DNA of 63,063 nt, filler included, from Octopus bimaculoides (GCF_001194135.2; 9 parts of 9 records of this genome joined end to end with filler, not necessarily neighbours in it), one strand, 5' to 3'; positions 37,430 to 52,534 are shown, counted from the whole stretch's first letter. Translations and numbers: made by a program. The notes: a model not told the origin generated them from the sequence alone.

Positions 37430-39267
37430 TCAAGGCAAATGATGACTGGCAAAGCAACAGTGCCCTAATGCTGACATTGAATACAATGATCTGATCTACA
37501 ATAATTCGCTGATTGAAATCGAGGATGCCCTGCTCAAAATGGGTGGGGCAGTGTTGAACACATTCGGTTTGCCATCCTCATTGCGACAGGACGTTAACAC
37601 ACTCCCACCAAAGTTACTTCTGGAGTTGTCGTATGATGCTGTTGGCCTTGCAGAGTACTTGAGAGTAAATGAACCGAAATTGCTCCCTGATCAGAGGCTG
37701 GTGTACGAAACTGTTGTGAGTGCCATTGAAAAGCAGGCGGACAGCATCTTTTCCTCGATGCTCCTAGAGGTACAGGAAAATCCCTTGTAACACAATACTT
37801 GCTAAGATGCGTCACGAGAAACAAATTGCGCTAGCTGTTGCTTCCTCGGGAATCGCTGAGAGGTAGGACGGCGCACTCGGCATTCAAGCTGCCTTTACAT
37901 TTGGTAAGGGCCAAGGTTTCTACTTGCAACATTGGCAAAAATTCAGAGGAAGCTGAAGTTCTTAGACAGTGCCATCTCATTGTATGGGACAATCTCATTG
38001 TATGGCACAATGACCAAAAAGGGTACCCTTGAGGCACTGGACTGGTCACTGAAAGGTATCAGAGATTCTACAGCTTCTATGGGTGGTGTAACTCTATTGC
38101 TTTCAGGAGATTTCCGGCAAACCCTTCCTGTCATCCCTAAAGGGAGCTGGACTGATGAAGTGCATGCATGCCTTAAGTCATTCACGTTGTGGCCCCAGGT
38201 TAAGACCTTAAGCCTAAACATCCGTGAGCACTTGCTTGGTGATAGCACGTCTGCAGCATTTGCTGAAGCCATTTTAGCCCTTGGAGAAGGCAAGGTCCCT
38301 AGAAATGACAGGGGCGACATATTCATCTCTGAACTGTGCAACACCGTGGATAACCCTTCCGATCTTTTGGAAAGAGTGTTCTCCAATCTGGAAAGTAACA
38401 ATGCAGACATGAATTGGCTCAGTAAAAGAATCATCCTGGCCCCCAAAAACGTAGCTGTCAGTGCTATCAATGACCAGCTCATAAGCTGAATTCCGGGTTA
38501 GGAGTGCATCTACAAATCGATTGACCGGACCTCTGACCCCAAAGACAGTGTCAATTACCCTATCGAGTTTTTCTCAACTCATTGGAACCAGCAGAGCTTC
38601 CACCTCACATTCTTAGGCTAAGGGTTGGATGCCCAATTATGCTAATCAGAAACTTGCTTCTGCCTAAACAGTGCAATGGGTCCCACTTAGTAATCAAATC
38701 CCTGAGCCCCACTTGATTGAGGCCACCATTGTTACAGTGCAAGAGGGGTGAAAATGTTTTCATTTCAAGGATGCAACTTTATCCCTTGGGGTCAGACATG
38801 CCATGTAACTTCTGCAGATCGCAGTTCCCGGTGAGACCATGCTTTGCCATGTCCATCAACAAATCCCAAGGCCGAACACTATCAGTGGCAGGCATCCATT
38901 TGGGGTTTTCCATTCAATCAGGATAAAAAAGTGATGAATCGATTCCTTATAGGATTTCCCACTAAAATTGGCTACACCCCATTTTCAACCATAACTTTTA
39001 CCAATTTTGACATATTTTGCACATAACTTAGGACTCGTGGGATCTTTGAATGCTTTAAGTTCTCCAAAAAAAAAAACAAAAAAAAACCAATCAATGAGTA
39101 GAAATAATCGATAAACCGATTCCTTATGGGATTTCCCATTCATTTACCAATTTCAACAGATTTTGCTCAAATTTGATGTCTGTGTCACTTAGTTTGGTTT
39201 GAAATAAAACGCTTGATTACTTAATAATCCTAACTTAATCCCAGGCAATGCCGGGCTATACTACTAG
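37430..39267 (+). mobile_element. Helitron: Pif1-family helicase pseudogene plus 3' terminus
   Basis: FLDAPRGTGKS (Walker A), ALAVASSGIA, GRTAHSAFKLP, LLSGDFRQTLPVIP, ILAPKN, QFPVRPCFAMSINKSQGRTL, with frameshifts and stops; hairpin cccaggcaatgccggg and CTAG|T at 39264-39267. Confidence 0.93.
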
Positions 39268-39296
<29 letters not shown>

Positions 39297-39298
<2 letters not shown>

Positions 39299-40046
39299 TC
39301 TTCTTCTTCTTCTTAATCCTTTTTGCCCCTTGTGGAGCATAGGGCTCCAACAGTTATTTTCCACTTTTTGCGGTCATTGGCGTGTTTCTTGGTTGCTTCC
39401 TGTGTCAGGCCGGTGGTCCTGAGCTTGACCAATATGCTCTGCTTCCATGTCTGCTTCGGATGTCCTCGCTTCCTTTTCCCCTGCGGGTTCCAGTCAAGTG
39501 CTTGTCGTGTCACATTTGAGGGTTCTTTTCACCGTGTGTGTCTGATCTATCTCCATTTCCTAATTTGAACATGTATGGGCTCCTGGTTTGCCCTTTCCCA
39601 CAGGTCAGTGTTTGGCACTCTGTTGAACCACTTCTGATGGAGGTTCTGCTGGAGACATTTGTTGATAAAGGTCTGAATCTTCTTGTAGTTGCTGCAGGTG
39701 GCTCTCCATGTTTTAGAGCCATACAAAAGGACAGATTTTACATTTGAACTAAATAAGCGGAGTTTAGTTCGAGTTGAAATGGCAGTGGACTTCCATACCG
39801 GCCAAAGAATAGTGAAGGCTTGCCAAGCCTTCTTGCTTCTTGCAGTGATGTCCTCTTCTGATCCACCTGATTTACTGATCTTGCTTCCAAGATAGACAAA
39901 ATAACTAACAGCTTCCCCAGGTGCCCCCTTGGTTGTGATTGGCTCTTCCTGTTTGTTGTTGATATGCAGCACTTTTGTCTTTTCCTCACTGTGAAATTTC
40001 TCTCAGGTGGTCTACCTTATCTTGCATGTCTTGCAGGCAATGTGAC
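39297..40046 (-). pseudogene. RTE-clade LINE 3' end
   Basis: FVYLGSKIS..TKLRLFSSNVKSVLLYGSKTW..FINKCL..DWNPQGKRKRGHPKQTW..DRKKW; (GAA)n tail at about 39299-39312. Confidence 0.93.
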
Positions 40047-40146
40047 NNNNNNNNNNNNNNNNNNNNNNNNNNNNNNNNNNNNNNNNNNNNTTAATTAATT
40101 AANNNNNNNNNNNNNNNNNNNNNNNNNNNNNNNNNNNNNNNNNNNN

Positions 40147-40372
40147 ATTATTACTATTATTATTCAGTAGTTTTATTTTTATAACGTGCTTTCACTTCAC
40201 TACCGAGCGTAGCTCTGTGTGTCTTGGGTATGTGCTGTTGTTTTCTGTGATGCTTTTATGGTTACTGTGTTGATAGTGTTTTGCGTAGGATGTGTGCAGT
40301 GCCCAGTAGTGCAATTTTCTGTATGTTATATATATTTGTAATTCCTAGTGATTTTGTTATGTATTTCTCTGA
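40147..40372 (-). pseudogene. R4/Dong-clade LINE 3' end
   Basis: KYITKSLGITNIYNIQKIALLGTAHILRKTLST*, short UTR, (AAT)n-like tail. Confidence 0.8.
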
Positions 40373-40389
40373 TTATTTTTTATTATACC

Positions 40390-40456
<67 letters not shown>

Positions 40457-40639
40457 TTTATTACATGTGTGTTTTGCTTTGTATTTATACAAGTTGCCTC
40501 CATGTATTACTAAGTAAGAGACCTCAAGAGACAAGTTAGAATTTCAAGTCGGTATCATGAGTAAGGCGGTTGATAACTGCCATATCTTTGTATTAGTATA
40601 AAGTATCTTTCAAGAGAATGTTAGTCAAAATATAAGAAA

Positions 40640-40770
40640 ATGAAATATTCCAAGATCTTTATACTTGGTCAATTTCTGGTTGGTTTTGACAAATATATTT
40701 ATGTCGATTCGGACAGTCATATCGATGAGGAGGCATAACTTTTGTGGACACTCGGGGAGATCGTAATTTC
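40640..40770 (-). pseudogene. R4/Dong restriction-like endonuclease fragment
   Basis: KLCLLIDMTVRIDINIFVKTNQKLTKYKDLGI. Confidence 0.7.
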
Positions 40771-40833
40771 CGTTTATTTTGTTTTTAAATACAGTTCTAT
40801 ATTTAAGAGATGATGATTTATGTACATTATTTA

Positions 40834-41012
40834 CATTATTTACATTTAACGGATACTTGTCCTCATCTTTTTTTGTTGTTAACACAACGTTTCGGCTGAT
40901 ATACCCTCCAGCCTTCATCAGACACCTGACGAAGGCTGGAGGGTATATCAGTCGAAACGATGTGTTAACAACAAACAAGATGAAGACAAATATCTGTCAA
41001 ATGTAAATAATG
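40834..41012. repeat. 179-bp near-perfect palindrome of two hammerhead modules of SINE family E
   Basis: Arms 40834-40921 and 40926-41012, 4-nt spacer ACAC, 8 substitutions plus 1 indel. Each arm starts exactly at CTGA(T/C)GA. Confidence 0.93.
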
Positions 41013-41157
41013 CAAATATTAAAAAAAATTATTTGGAAGCAATTAATGACAAAGTACCAAAGGTGTCAAGTAAGGCTTTTTCACGTCTCTATTTGAGATA
41101 CAGGAGAAGGTTATCATCGTTCTTAATATTTTTGTAGACGTCATAGTATACAATACT

Positions 41158-41807
41158 GTGAGTTTATTGATTGAAGATTTTGTGTCTACCGGGGGTTTGT
41201 ACTGTTTGCCAAGTCACAACAAGGACTTCTTTTATTATTTCAACTTTTTCAAGTTCCACTTGAAAAGGAAGATGAGAGTAGAGAGGGAAGTGCTGTCTCA
41301 TAGCAAATTCGTTGAAAGATGGGTGACTGTTGGAAGAATGGCCAGTATAAACGGACCAATTCTGAGAATACGCTTGTAAAAAAAAAAAAAAGAGAAAAAA
41401 AAGGTAATGTAAAAGGAGAAAGGGCTCTATACCCCTTTCTTATTTTTCTGGCCAGGCTCCCGTGGTTTTATGGGTTTTTCCACGTGTAACCTTTCCTTTT
41501 TCGAAGCGCCTCCCCCTTTGGGAGTTCTACTTATTTATTTATCTATTTATTTATTATATCTTTCNNNNNNNNNNGGTTTTTCCACGTGTAACCTTTCCTT
41601 TTTCGAAGCGCCTCCCCCTTTGGGAGTTCTACTTATTTATTTATCTATTTATTTATCTATTTATTTATTATATCTTTCTCCGTTTTCTTCCTCTGTTTAG
41701 ACGAACTTTACTACCTTTTCGGACAAAACCTTTTGTAACCTTCGTCCTGTCTTTGTCCTTATATGTTTTTAATTGATATTAGCCCTTGTGGCCAATAAAA
41801 CGAATTA

Positions 41808-41810
<3 letters not shown>
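41158..41810 (+). mobile_element. L1/Tx1-like LINE ORF2 end and 3' UTR
   Basis: FFKFHLKRKMRVEREVLSHSKFVERW...* followed by a UTR, AATAAA near 41793 and an (ATT)n tail. Clade assignment is from recall. Confidence 0.5.
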
Positions 41811-41893
<83 letters not shown>

Positions 41894-41894
<1 letters not shown>

Positions 41895-42400
41895 ATTTTT
41901 AAACGAGAGAGCAGCGCATTCCATTAAAATGACACTGGGGTAAAATATACGAAGCCCAGTATGCCCATCATGACTACCCGTCTGATAAGAGTGTGGCAGG
42001 CACATACATCACAGCCATATTTTCGCGTCATAGTGATTTCATATCAAAATAAACAGCACATAACCTTGCAGGTGGGGCCTTGTTAGAATGTTCTTCAGAC
42101 TGAGTAGCCCATTCCGCTAAAGAGGCCTTTGAATGAACTTTGTTTAAAGATGATGAACAAAACACCCATGTTTCGAGAGGTAAACTTTTCAAACCCCCAG
42201 AGAATTACTCTCAACAAATGGCTATGATGCTAGCCCGCACTACTTCTGCTCAGCCACTAACGGATGTACTCAGCTGGTGAAGGTCAAGCAACTGACAAGC
42301 AAATCTATGGCATTGAGCTGAATATTTGCTGTAGCCCGTCTTTTATAGTCGAAACATGTACTTGATAACACTTCCAATCGGTTTCTCGGGTAAGAAATTA
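41894..42400 (-). mobile_element. Unclassified retroposon-like repeat ending in (AAC)n
   Basis: GC-richer non-coding block abutting a long (TTG)n/(TTA)n tail. Confidence 0.35.
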
Positions 42401-42900
42401 TTTACTTTACACATGTCGTTCCACTCGTCTATTTTGTAACTACTAATCCATCTGTTTTACAGTTCTTCTCTCGTGAGGGTGAATACCTTTAAGACACTGC
42501 GGTCGATGCAACAGCTATGTGGCTCATCTTTCTAATTTAGGCTTTATGCCAACGTTACAAACGGCAATTACTCTTTCGATATCTTGCAATGAATGTCTTA
42601 ATACATTTCTTTAGCTACTTTTATGTTGATCAGGTATTCACTTGATCAGTGAGAATTAGATTTCTGTCAATGTTTTCTTAAGAGTAGCTTTTTTTATAGA
42701 GAGCGTGCACTTTAGCAATTTGTCGTCTTATAAATGTTGTTTTGATGTTTTAGGAAATATGGAATATATACACATACATATATATACATAGATATATACA
42801 TACATATATACAAATATACATACATACGCACACACACACACATATATATATATATATGTATGTCTGTATGTGTGTATATGTATGCATCTATATATGTATG

Positions 42901-42945
<45 letters not shown>

Positions 42946-42987
42946 NNNNNNNNNNNNNNNNNNNNNNNNNNNNNNNNNNNNNNNNNN

Positions 42988-43052
<65 letters not shown>

Positions 43053-46000
43053 TCGTATGTATGTATGTTTATTCAATCACTATACCAGTAGCTCAAAATA
43101 TGTTTATGTGTGAATTACAACTAATCTTCTTGAGGTCTTTTGGTCTGCTAGATTTAGCAGTCAACTTTTTCTGATATATCGCCCCGTGGTAATAATACAA
43201 TGCATTGGTTTATGCAGCCTGGGTACACTATGTCTGAAAAAAATGTGGATGGTTATTCCTGGAATGCTCTAACCATAGGTTTGCCCGATGAGGACATATT
43301 TTGTGTAAACACAAAGATTTATTTTCCCTGCCATACGCATTGTAGTGATTTCAATTTTATGACTTCATTTTAAGTACGTTTTTAGCTTATTACAAAAAGA
43401 TAATTCTATCTAATTGTATTTAAATATTAGATTTGCTTTTAGCTATTTCGTGAAGATCCTTTCCTGTAATTGGATTGTAATCATAGAAACACGAACAGAA
43501 TATTTTATTGTTTTAAAACAACATACTTGTTACTAGTTTTGCAGTATAAATGTCTTCAGAAAAAAGTTCAACATTGGAAATATTTATTTTATATAACGCC
43601 TGCGTTAGAAAAGTAAAAAAAAATATCCACTAATTGACTGGATCTGGAATCAGGTTACATTTATTTAAAAAGAATGTTAAAAATCTGAAGAATGTAAATT
43701 AACTCAATATTTTGAATTTTATATAACTTAGAGAGGCTTTAACCTCTGCTATCCCAGACAAACTCTAACTTCACAACATCACCCGGAGTAGTCTTTCAGT
43801 AATATGTTCGGACAACATAGCCCAATCGAGTCGCGAGTTGCTTGGTGAGATGCATCTAGGTGTTTGAGATTTATTAGAGAAATTGGTCCAGGTATATTTC
43901 TCTGCAATGAATAATTCTTTCTTATTTGATTTGTTCAAAATATTTTGCTTCAAAGTTGTTATGAAATGTCAGCTTGTCACATAAATATTACAGATATTTT
44001 TTTCATTTGTTGTTGTTTTAACCCACGTCAATTTCGATAGTATCATTTCCCGGCCTCTCATATCTAGGACTGCATCTTGGAATGTATAGTGTCAAGTTTA
44101 AATTGTATATGGCCATTTGAGCAAGATTGGGTTGATCTTGTTTTTTTATTGATTCTTTTGATGCATAGGACTAGCTTATGGTAGCAGTTAAGAATCTCAG
44201 AATCAAAAATGGCTGATAAAAGTTATCACCTTTAAAGGAATGAAAGACACTGGAAATTCTCTTTCCAAACTTAATATGAGATTCACCGCATCTGTATTAC
44301 ATTTTAGACGGTACGATTTATACTTCAACTTTTTAAAACTTGACTTAAACTTAGAGGCCTGATTTTCTAAGCTCATTGTCGACAAATGTACTAAACGAGT
44401 TTAATAAAAGAAGGGAATACAATTTGACATTAATACACAGAAATACAATACTATATTTTAAGAAAAGAACCAATTAGAAAAATTTAATTTATTATTGATT
44501 GAAAGAAAGAAGGAAAACGGTACTGTGACTGATATATTATGAAGAAATCAATTTGATTTACTTAGACGAAAACAAGATAGGAAGTTATGGGTATAATTAT
44601 ATCTTTAACAGTATGTTTGTAACACTAGTGGACTGAATTTTGAGCCTGAATTATGCGATTTGCTCTTAAAAGGGGATATATTTCAATTCATTCTATATAT
44701 TAGTACAAAAAAGTTGATTTGGGCCATTTGTGATATTAGTAATTGGACGATCAATATATTGTTTTCAGACAATGAAAAGAAATTTATGTTCCATAATATT
44801 AAATATTAAAGCATTCATAATAATATGAAAGCATCCAATGGTTTGAAACTGGAAAAATCTGAGATCACTGCTTGCAAGAAGGCATTTGACCTTGTGCTGT
44901 GCATGTAATGCATAATTATGCATAATTTAACTGCCAAGTAATTGATTGTTGATGATGTTACTTTATAAATACTAATTATAGACAAACGATGAAACACGTA
45001 TGTATATTTAAAAAAAAAACAATAAAAATAAGTGGTCAGAAATTTAGTGGAAAGACCTGAGACAATACAAAATACGCTAAATTCAAAAGACCTGAACGTA
45101 CGAATATCACAGCATTAACAGTGAATAGAATCGAAACCGTGTTACAGCCCACTCGGAGTTAGAAAATATTTCTTCACCTCACCACCTGCCACAAGCATTA
45201 GTAACCTTAGCACTATAAAATAGTATCAACCGCAGGCAGTTATATGTGATGATTTAATATTCTTGGTGAATACTGGGAAAAAAGTCAAGACAACAAGTAT
45301 ATTATTGATTTGGATTTACGCTAAAATTTCTGCCCGAAGCATTATTAAAGTAAAGTAGACGTGCATTTGTCACTATGCGAGAAACAAAGACGTGTGCGGT
45401 CTTCATACAAGAGATAAAGTGAAGAAAGACATTTTTTTTTTATCTGCGTAATAATATTTTCAAAACAACAAACATAAGAGCTTTCCTCGGGAAATAGATC
45501 AAGAGCATGAACCATAAAAGAAGTCTTTAATGAAGTGATAACATTAGACTGTATTTTAGCACAAAGAAATATATGGTGACACTGTTAATGATGGGGTTGA
45601 GAAGTGGGGGATAGTAAGGATGATAATGGTGACGACGATGACGACGAAGACTATGATGATGATGATGATGAAGGTGATGTTAGAGGTGGTGGTAGCAGTG
45701 GTCGTGACGAAGCTGATAAACACGATGCTAATAGTAAGCATTGTGTTAAAATAGCTATTGCTGATGATGAGGAGAATTAGGGCAATATGAGTGTAATGAA
45801 TGGCTTTATCTATACTTCTGCCGTTGCTGTAGTTGTTCATGGTGTTGATGATCCTAATACTGATAATAACATTGTTTATGCCGCTTCTATTGCAGCATCT
45901 GATGCGGGTGATGACGATGGTGGTGACCACTATAATGAAAGTCATTAGAATGGGAATAATGTTAATGATAATGTCATTAAGGTATCGCCTGATGAAATGG

Positions 46001-46544
46001 CATGAAGACAAAACAAATGCCAGCTACGATGGCAGCCATTTATTTATAACGTCAGATTTATGGAATCATAAATGCCTCTTTGAAGCTGGACATTTCTTCA
46101 AAAATGATAAGACTTATCGTAAATAGCAAGCAGAAAATAGCCAAAATATCTAAAATATAAATTATGCTTGCGTAAATCTATCAACATTAAAGCGACAAAA
46201 TTCCCATAATGCAATTAGGAATACTAATTATATATGTTGCGGTAACTGTTAAGATGATTTTTACGAGGTGATAAAAATTGAATATATCGTTAATTTTCAA
46301 AATAATTTGGAATAATATTGTTTTCTTTCTGGACACATCAAATAAACAGAATGAAACGAATATTTCTTTCTTAAGTAGCTTTATAAATTAATTTTTACTG
46401 CAAGATAAGATTAAAACGAGGCTTTCCTATAACTATATGTACTCAATTATGAAAAATCTGTCAAACACAAATTTTAAACATCCAGATTTGAAAAGTATAT
46501 ACTACCACACACACACTCCACACAGACACATACACACCACACAC

Positions 46545-46583
<39 letters not shown>

Positions 46584-47594
46584 CATACATATATATGTGC
46601 ATATATATGTATCTTCATACATACATAAACACACCCACCCATATACATATGTANNNNNNNNNNNNNNNNNNNNNNNNNNNNNNNNNNNNNNNNNNNNNNN
46701 NNNNNNNNNNNNNNNNNNNNNNNNNNNNNNNNNNNNNNNNNNNNNNNNNNNNNNNNNNNNNNNNNNNNNNNNNNNNNNNNNNNNNNNNNNNNNNNNNNNN
46801 NNNNNNNNNNNNNNNNNNNNNNNNNNNNNNNNNNNNNNNNNNNNNNNNNNNNNNNNNNNNNNNNNNNNNNNNNNNNNNNNNNNNNNNNNNNNNNNNNNNN
46901 NNNNNNNNNNNNNNNNNNNNNNNNNNNNNNNNNNNNNNNNNNNNNNNNNNNNNNNNNNNNNNNNNNNNNNNNNNNNNNNNNNNNNNNNNNNNNNNNNNNN
47001 NNNNNNNNNNNNNNNNNNNNNNNNNNNNNNNNNNNNNNNNNNNNNNNNNNNNNNNNNNNNNNNNNNNNNNNNNNNNNNNNNNNNNNNNNNNNNNNNNNNN
47101 NNNNNNNNNNNNNNNNNNNNNNNATATATATGCGCATTCAGAGAAAGTGTACAGAAACAGGATATGCTGTAGATTCTCTGCCAGTCTTGTTCATGTATAT
47201 GCGATTGATAGTTCGAACAATCGAATTCCTATTTGTCAATTTCACAACCACATGTAAATAGAACACAACGGTGAGGCTGAAACAGTGTGGCATGATCTAG
47301 TAAGATATAGTCGTTCAATTATAGATGCAATTCACAAAGGGACCAAAAGAAAAAGAGGAGGATAAATGCGAGGTGGGGCCCGGCAATAAGAAGAATGTAG
47401 TCCACTGCTATAGGAGTACGTTTTTGATTCCGATTACTATCTGAGTGAAAATCTGAAAGTTTACTGAAGAAATCACGATTCTGCCATTTCCCAGACATAT
47501 CGACGAAGGTGACTTACATACATATATACATGCATACATACATACATGCGTGCGTACATAGATACATACATACATACCTACGTGCATACACAAA

Positions 47595-48778
47595 ATGAAG
47601 CCATCAACAGGTATATTGCAGGGGATAGTTCATCTGTAATGCTGTTTGTTTGTACTGGTAGTAAATCCTTTGTCGAGGCGCAATGGCCCAATGGTTAGGG
47701 CAGCAGACTCGCGGTAATAGGATCGCGGTTTCGATTCCCAGACCGGGCGTTGTGAGTGTTTATTGAGCGAAAACACCTAAAGCTCCACGAGGCTCCGGCA
47801 GTGGATGCTGGCGAACCCTGCTGTACTCTTTCACCACAACTTTCTCTCACTCTTACTTCCTGTTTCTGTTGTACCTGTAATTCAAAGGGTCAGCCTTGTC
47901 ACACTGTGTCACGCTGAATTTCCTCGAGAACTGCGTTAAAGGTACACGTGTCTGTGGAGTGCTCAGCCACTTGCACGTTAATTTCACGAGCAGGCTGTTC
48001 CGTTGATCGGATCAACTGGAACCCTCGACCTCGCAAGCGATGGAGTGCCAACAACAACAAATCCTTTGTCAGCCCTCTTAACAAAATGCCAACGCTAGAT
48101 GCTCATATATGCAGAAAAGAATAAAATTAATATCACCCATACATCTTTTGCTGACGACCCAAAATTATATTCTTTTAATGTGACCAATATCGAGTGAAAA
48201 TTAGAATTAGTCACAACATTCTCACAAGATATAGGAATTGAGTTTGGGAAAGATAAATGTTCATACATAAGTCAACCGAGGAAAGATTGTTGACCAGGCA
48301 GGCAACATATACATCAACGGCTTGTCTATCTCCCCTTTCTCTAGTAATGAATGCTACTTTTACCTCGGAATCGATGAGTATGTTGCATACATTGGTGCTG
48401 TAACTAAAGCCAGAATAACAAACTTCTGTAGATTCTAGAAAATACGAAACTCCGAGCTGTCTTCAATTAACAAGACCAAATCTCACAATAATTTCGCAGT
48501 ACTAGTGCTAGTACCAACATTTGCGTTATTAGAGTGGACACCCAATGAGACACGCAGCCTATATATCAAAACGAGAATAATACTGACCACGACTGGCAAT
48601 TTTCACATTAGCAGTGACAACAATAGGATTTAAGGTAAACGAAAAGATGGTGGTAGAAACATAAGGTCAGTCCAAACAGCCTTTGAAATTTCACATTTTA
48701 TCACTCAGACAGCACCGAATGAATAGGAAAGAAATAAGTATATTCAAAATTGAGAGCAACAGCATCTTCAGAGTTACG
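47595..48778 (+). pseudogene. R4/Dong-clade LINE RT domain, interrupted by a SINE
   Basis: GILQGDS..MLFV..VNPLS, THTSFADDPKLYS, FSQDIGIEFGKDKC, YFYLGIDE, NNFAVLVL, KRKDGGRNIRSV. Confidence 0.85.
47675..48058 (+). mobile_element. Full-length tRNA-derived SINE family D with 12-bp TSD
   Basis: Head gaggcgcaatggcccaatggttagggc...ggtttcgattccc, (CAA)n tail, perfect TSD aaatcctttgtc at 47663-47674 and 48059-48070. Confidence 0.92.
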
Positions 48779-48814
48779 GTGTGTGTGTATACATACATAC
48801 ATACATACATACAT

Positions 48815-48846
<32 letters not shown>

Positions 48847-48870
48847 GCACACACACACACACACACACAT

Positions 48871-48905
<35 letters not shown>

Positions 48906-48915
48906 NNNNNNNNNN

Positions 48916-50110
<1,195 letters not shown>

Positions 50111-50249
50111 GTGTGTATGCATGCATGCATGTATATATGTATATGCATATATAGATTTATACACATTCATATATATGCATATATGTGTGTGTGTTTGCGG
50201 CCTCGTGAGCGCGTGTACATATTTCCAAAGTAGCAACAATGTGTAAACG

Positions 50250-50690
50250 ATTGGCAGGATGGATATTAAGTTCCAAGACAGCGAGATCTCCTGTTGTTCC
50301 TATGGAAGACCTTTGTTATTGCTGTCAGCTGTGGTCACCGTAATGCGTAAGCCTATCAGCGAGGCTTAAGCGATGCAACGCTAAAGCATAGAAAAAATTA
50401 CCAAAATGAAGCAGATGAACGACTGGGAGAGGCCGTAATAATCTACGACTTTACCCTATTTGGCAAAGACGCGAGTGATATACAATATATACGTGTAGGA
50501 GATAGTAGACACAACTAGAACTCCGGCACCAAGTGTAAAATAAGTTCAAATGCTGGGTGCCACTGTATAGAAACAACGGTGCCTTCCAACCAATCGAAAT
50601 AAAGAGTCAGCTACTGCAAAAGCTTAGGGTTCAAAAACCTACAGTTCTTCAATACTCTGCCAAAAGAAATAAGAAACCTACACAAAGCCT
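50250..50690 (+). pseudogene. CR1-type LINE, RT C-terminal remnant
   Basis: Frameshifted AGWIL..LFLWKTFV..CCQLWSP..KMKQMNDWER..SYCKSLGFKNLQFFNTLPKEIRNL. Confidence 0.7.
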
Positions 50691-51021
50691 ACTATATTTA
50701 AGAGCTGGTATAAATTATAGTAAGCTTTAGGTATTTTCCCTAAATTCATTCTGCTACAATAATAGCAAAGAGAAGCAGCGTAATAACTTTACTTACTAGT
50801 ATTCATGAAAAAAACTGATAAAAAGAAAAACACAAAGTAAAAAGAGTTATAATGGAGTATCCTGTATGTTGGAAATCTATATGGTAGTATGCACCGAGGA
50901 GAGCGGTTTATTTCAAATCAATGCAATGATTGGATTGATCGATTAAGTGAAGCCGGTTGAAACGGCCGTAAGGCACTGATACCTGGACATCCTTCTTACT
51001 TATTTACTCTCTCTCTCCCTC

Positions 51022-51058
<37 letters not shown>

Positions 51059-51619
51059 NNNNNNNNNNNNNNNNNNNNNNNNNNNNNNNNNNNNNNNNNN
51101 NNNNNNNNNNNNNNNNNNNNNNNNNNNNNNNNNNNNNNNNNNNNNNNNNNNNNNNNNNNNNNNNNNNNNNNNNNNNNNNNNNNNNNNNNNNNNNNNNNNN
51201 NNNNNNNNNNNNNNNNNNNNNNNNNNNNNNNNNNNNNNNNNNNNNNNNNNNNNNNNNNNNNNNNNNNNNNNNNNNNNNNNNNNNNNNNNNNNNNNNNNNN
51301 NNNNNNNNNNNNNNNNNNNNNNNNNNNNNNNNNNNNNNNNNNNNNNNNNNNNNNNNNNNNNNNNNNNNNNNNNNNNNNNNNNNNNNNNNNNNNNNNNNNN
51401 NNNNNNNNNNNNNNNNNNNNNNNNNNNNNNNNNNNNNNNNNNNNNNNNNNNNNNNNNNNNNNNNNNNNNNNNNNNNNNNNNNNNNNNNNNNNNNNNNNNN
51501 NNNNNNNNNNNNNNNNNNNNNNNNNNNNNNNNNNNNNNNNNNNNNNNNNNNNNNNNNNNNNNNNNNNNNNNNNNNNNNNNNNNNNNNNNNNNNNNNNNNN
51601 NNNNNNNNNNNNNNNNGTG

Positions 51620-51845
51620 TATGTTTGTGTGTGTACGCGCATGTGTGTGTGTGCGTGTGTGTGTATGTACGTGCGTGTGTGTGTGTTTGTGTTGTCTCTG
51701 CAACGTCGCTTGACAACCGTAACTTCGTAGTCCGGCAAAATAAAAAGATAAAATGAGTACTAGGCTTACAAAGAATAAGTCCTGGGGTCAATTTACTCGA
51801 CTGACTAAAGGTGGTGATCCAGCATGGCCGGAGTCAAATGACAAG
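51620..51845 (+). mobile_element. SINE family A, 3' half
   Basis: cgcttgacaaccg..gagtactaggcttacaaagaataagtcctggggtc..cagcatggccggagtcaaatgac. Confidence 0.8.
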
Positions 51846-52534
51846 TAACATATGTACAAAAATGTAATATATATACAAAAATGTAGAAATATACGAATAT
51901 TACGAAGTTTTGATGTATATATGATATATAGTTAGTGTATATGGTTATGATATATATGCATACACTTATTTAGATACATACCTACCTACGTATATACATA
52001 CACATATTTAGAGAGATAGATTAAGAGATAAATGTTTGGGTAGGTAGATAGATCTCCATTTTGTAATACCTATTTTGTAATTTTCAATTTTTGTTAATGT
52101 TGAGAACTACCATTATCGGAGGAGAATTTCTTTCTCCATATAAATTCTCTATATGATGAAAAAATTACATACTTACAGGCACATACACATACACACGCAC
52201 ACACACACACATATGCGCACCCGCACACACACTCACACACGCACACACAAACACACACATGCGTGTACACACACACATAAACACACACGAATACAGAAAC
52301 ATATATTCACGCTCACAAACACACACATACATGCATACCGTTTAAATAACGTAACTATCATATTTGAAATACAAATAATAGAACTGAAAATAATATAAAA
52401 TGAAATATATTTTCAAGAAATTGAAAAATAATCAGAATATTTCTTTTTGATATTAACATGTCCATTTGTTTTTTACAATTAAAATGAAGTATTCAAAATA
52501 TATATTACATAGCAATATGTTGAACTTGTTTTGC

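Noticed and set aside
41473-41678. About 92-bp direct repeat (second copy has 12 extra nt)
   Set aside because: Flanks a 10-N gap and differs only in microsatellite length, so probably two haplotypes placed in tandem.
43771-45380. Possible LINE relics (YTWTN..SRLD at about 43800-43900; KKAFDLV at about 44880)
   Set aside because: Isolated short motifs, too degenerate to call.
45556-46011. 151-aa ORF and similar low-complexity ORFs at 22311-22666 and 57586-58085
   Set aside because: Translations of degenerate (GAT)n/(ACT)n/(GGT)n tracts.
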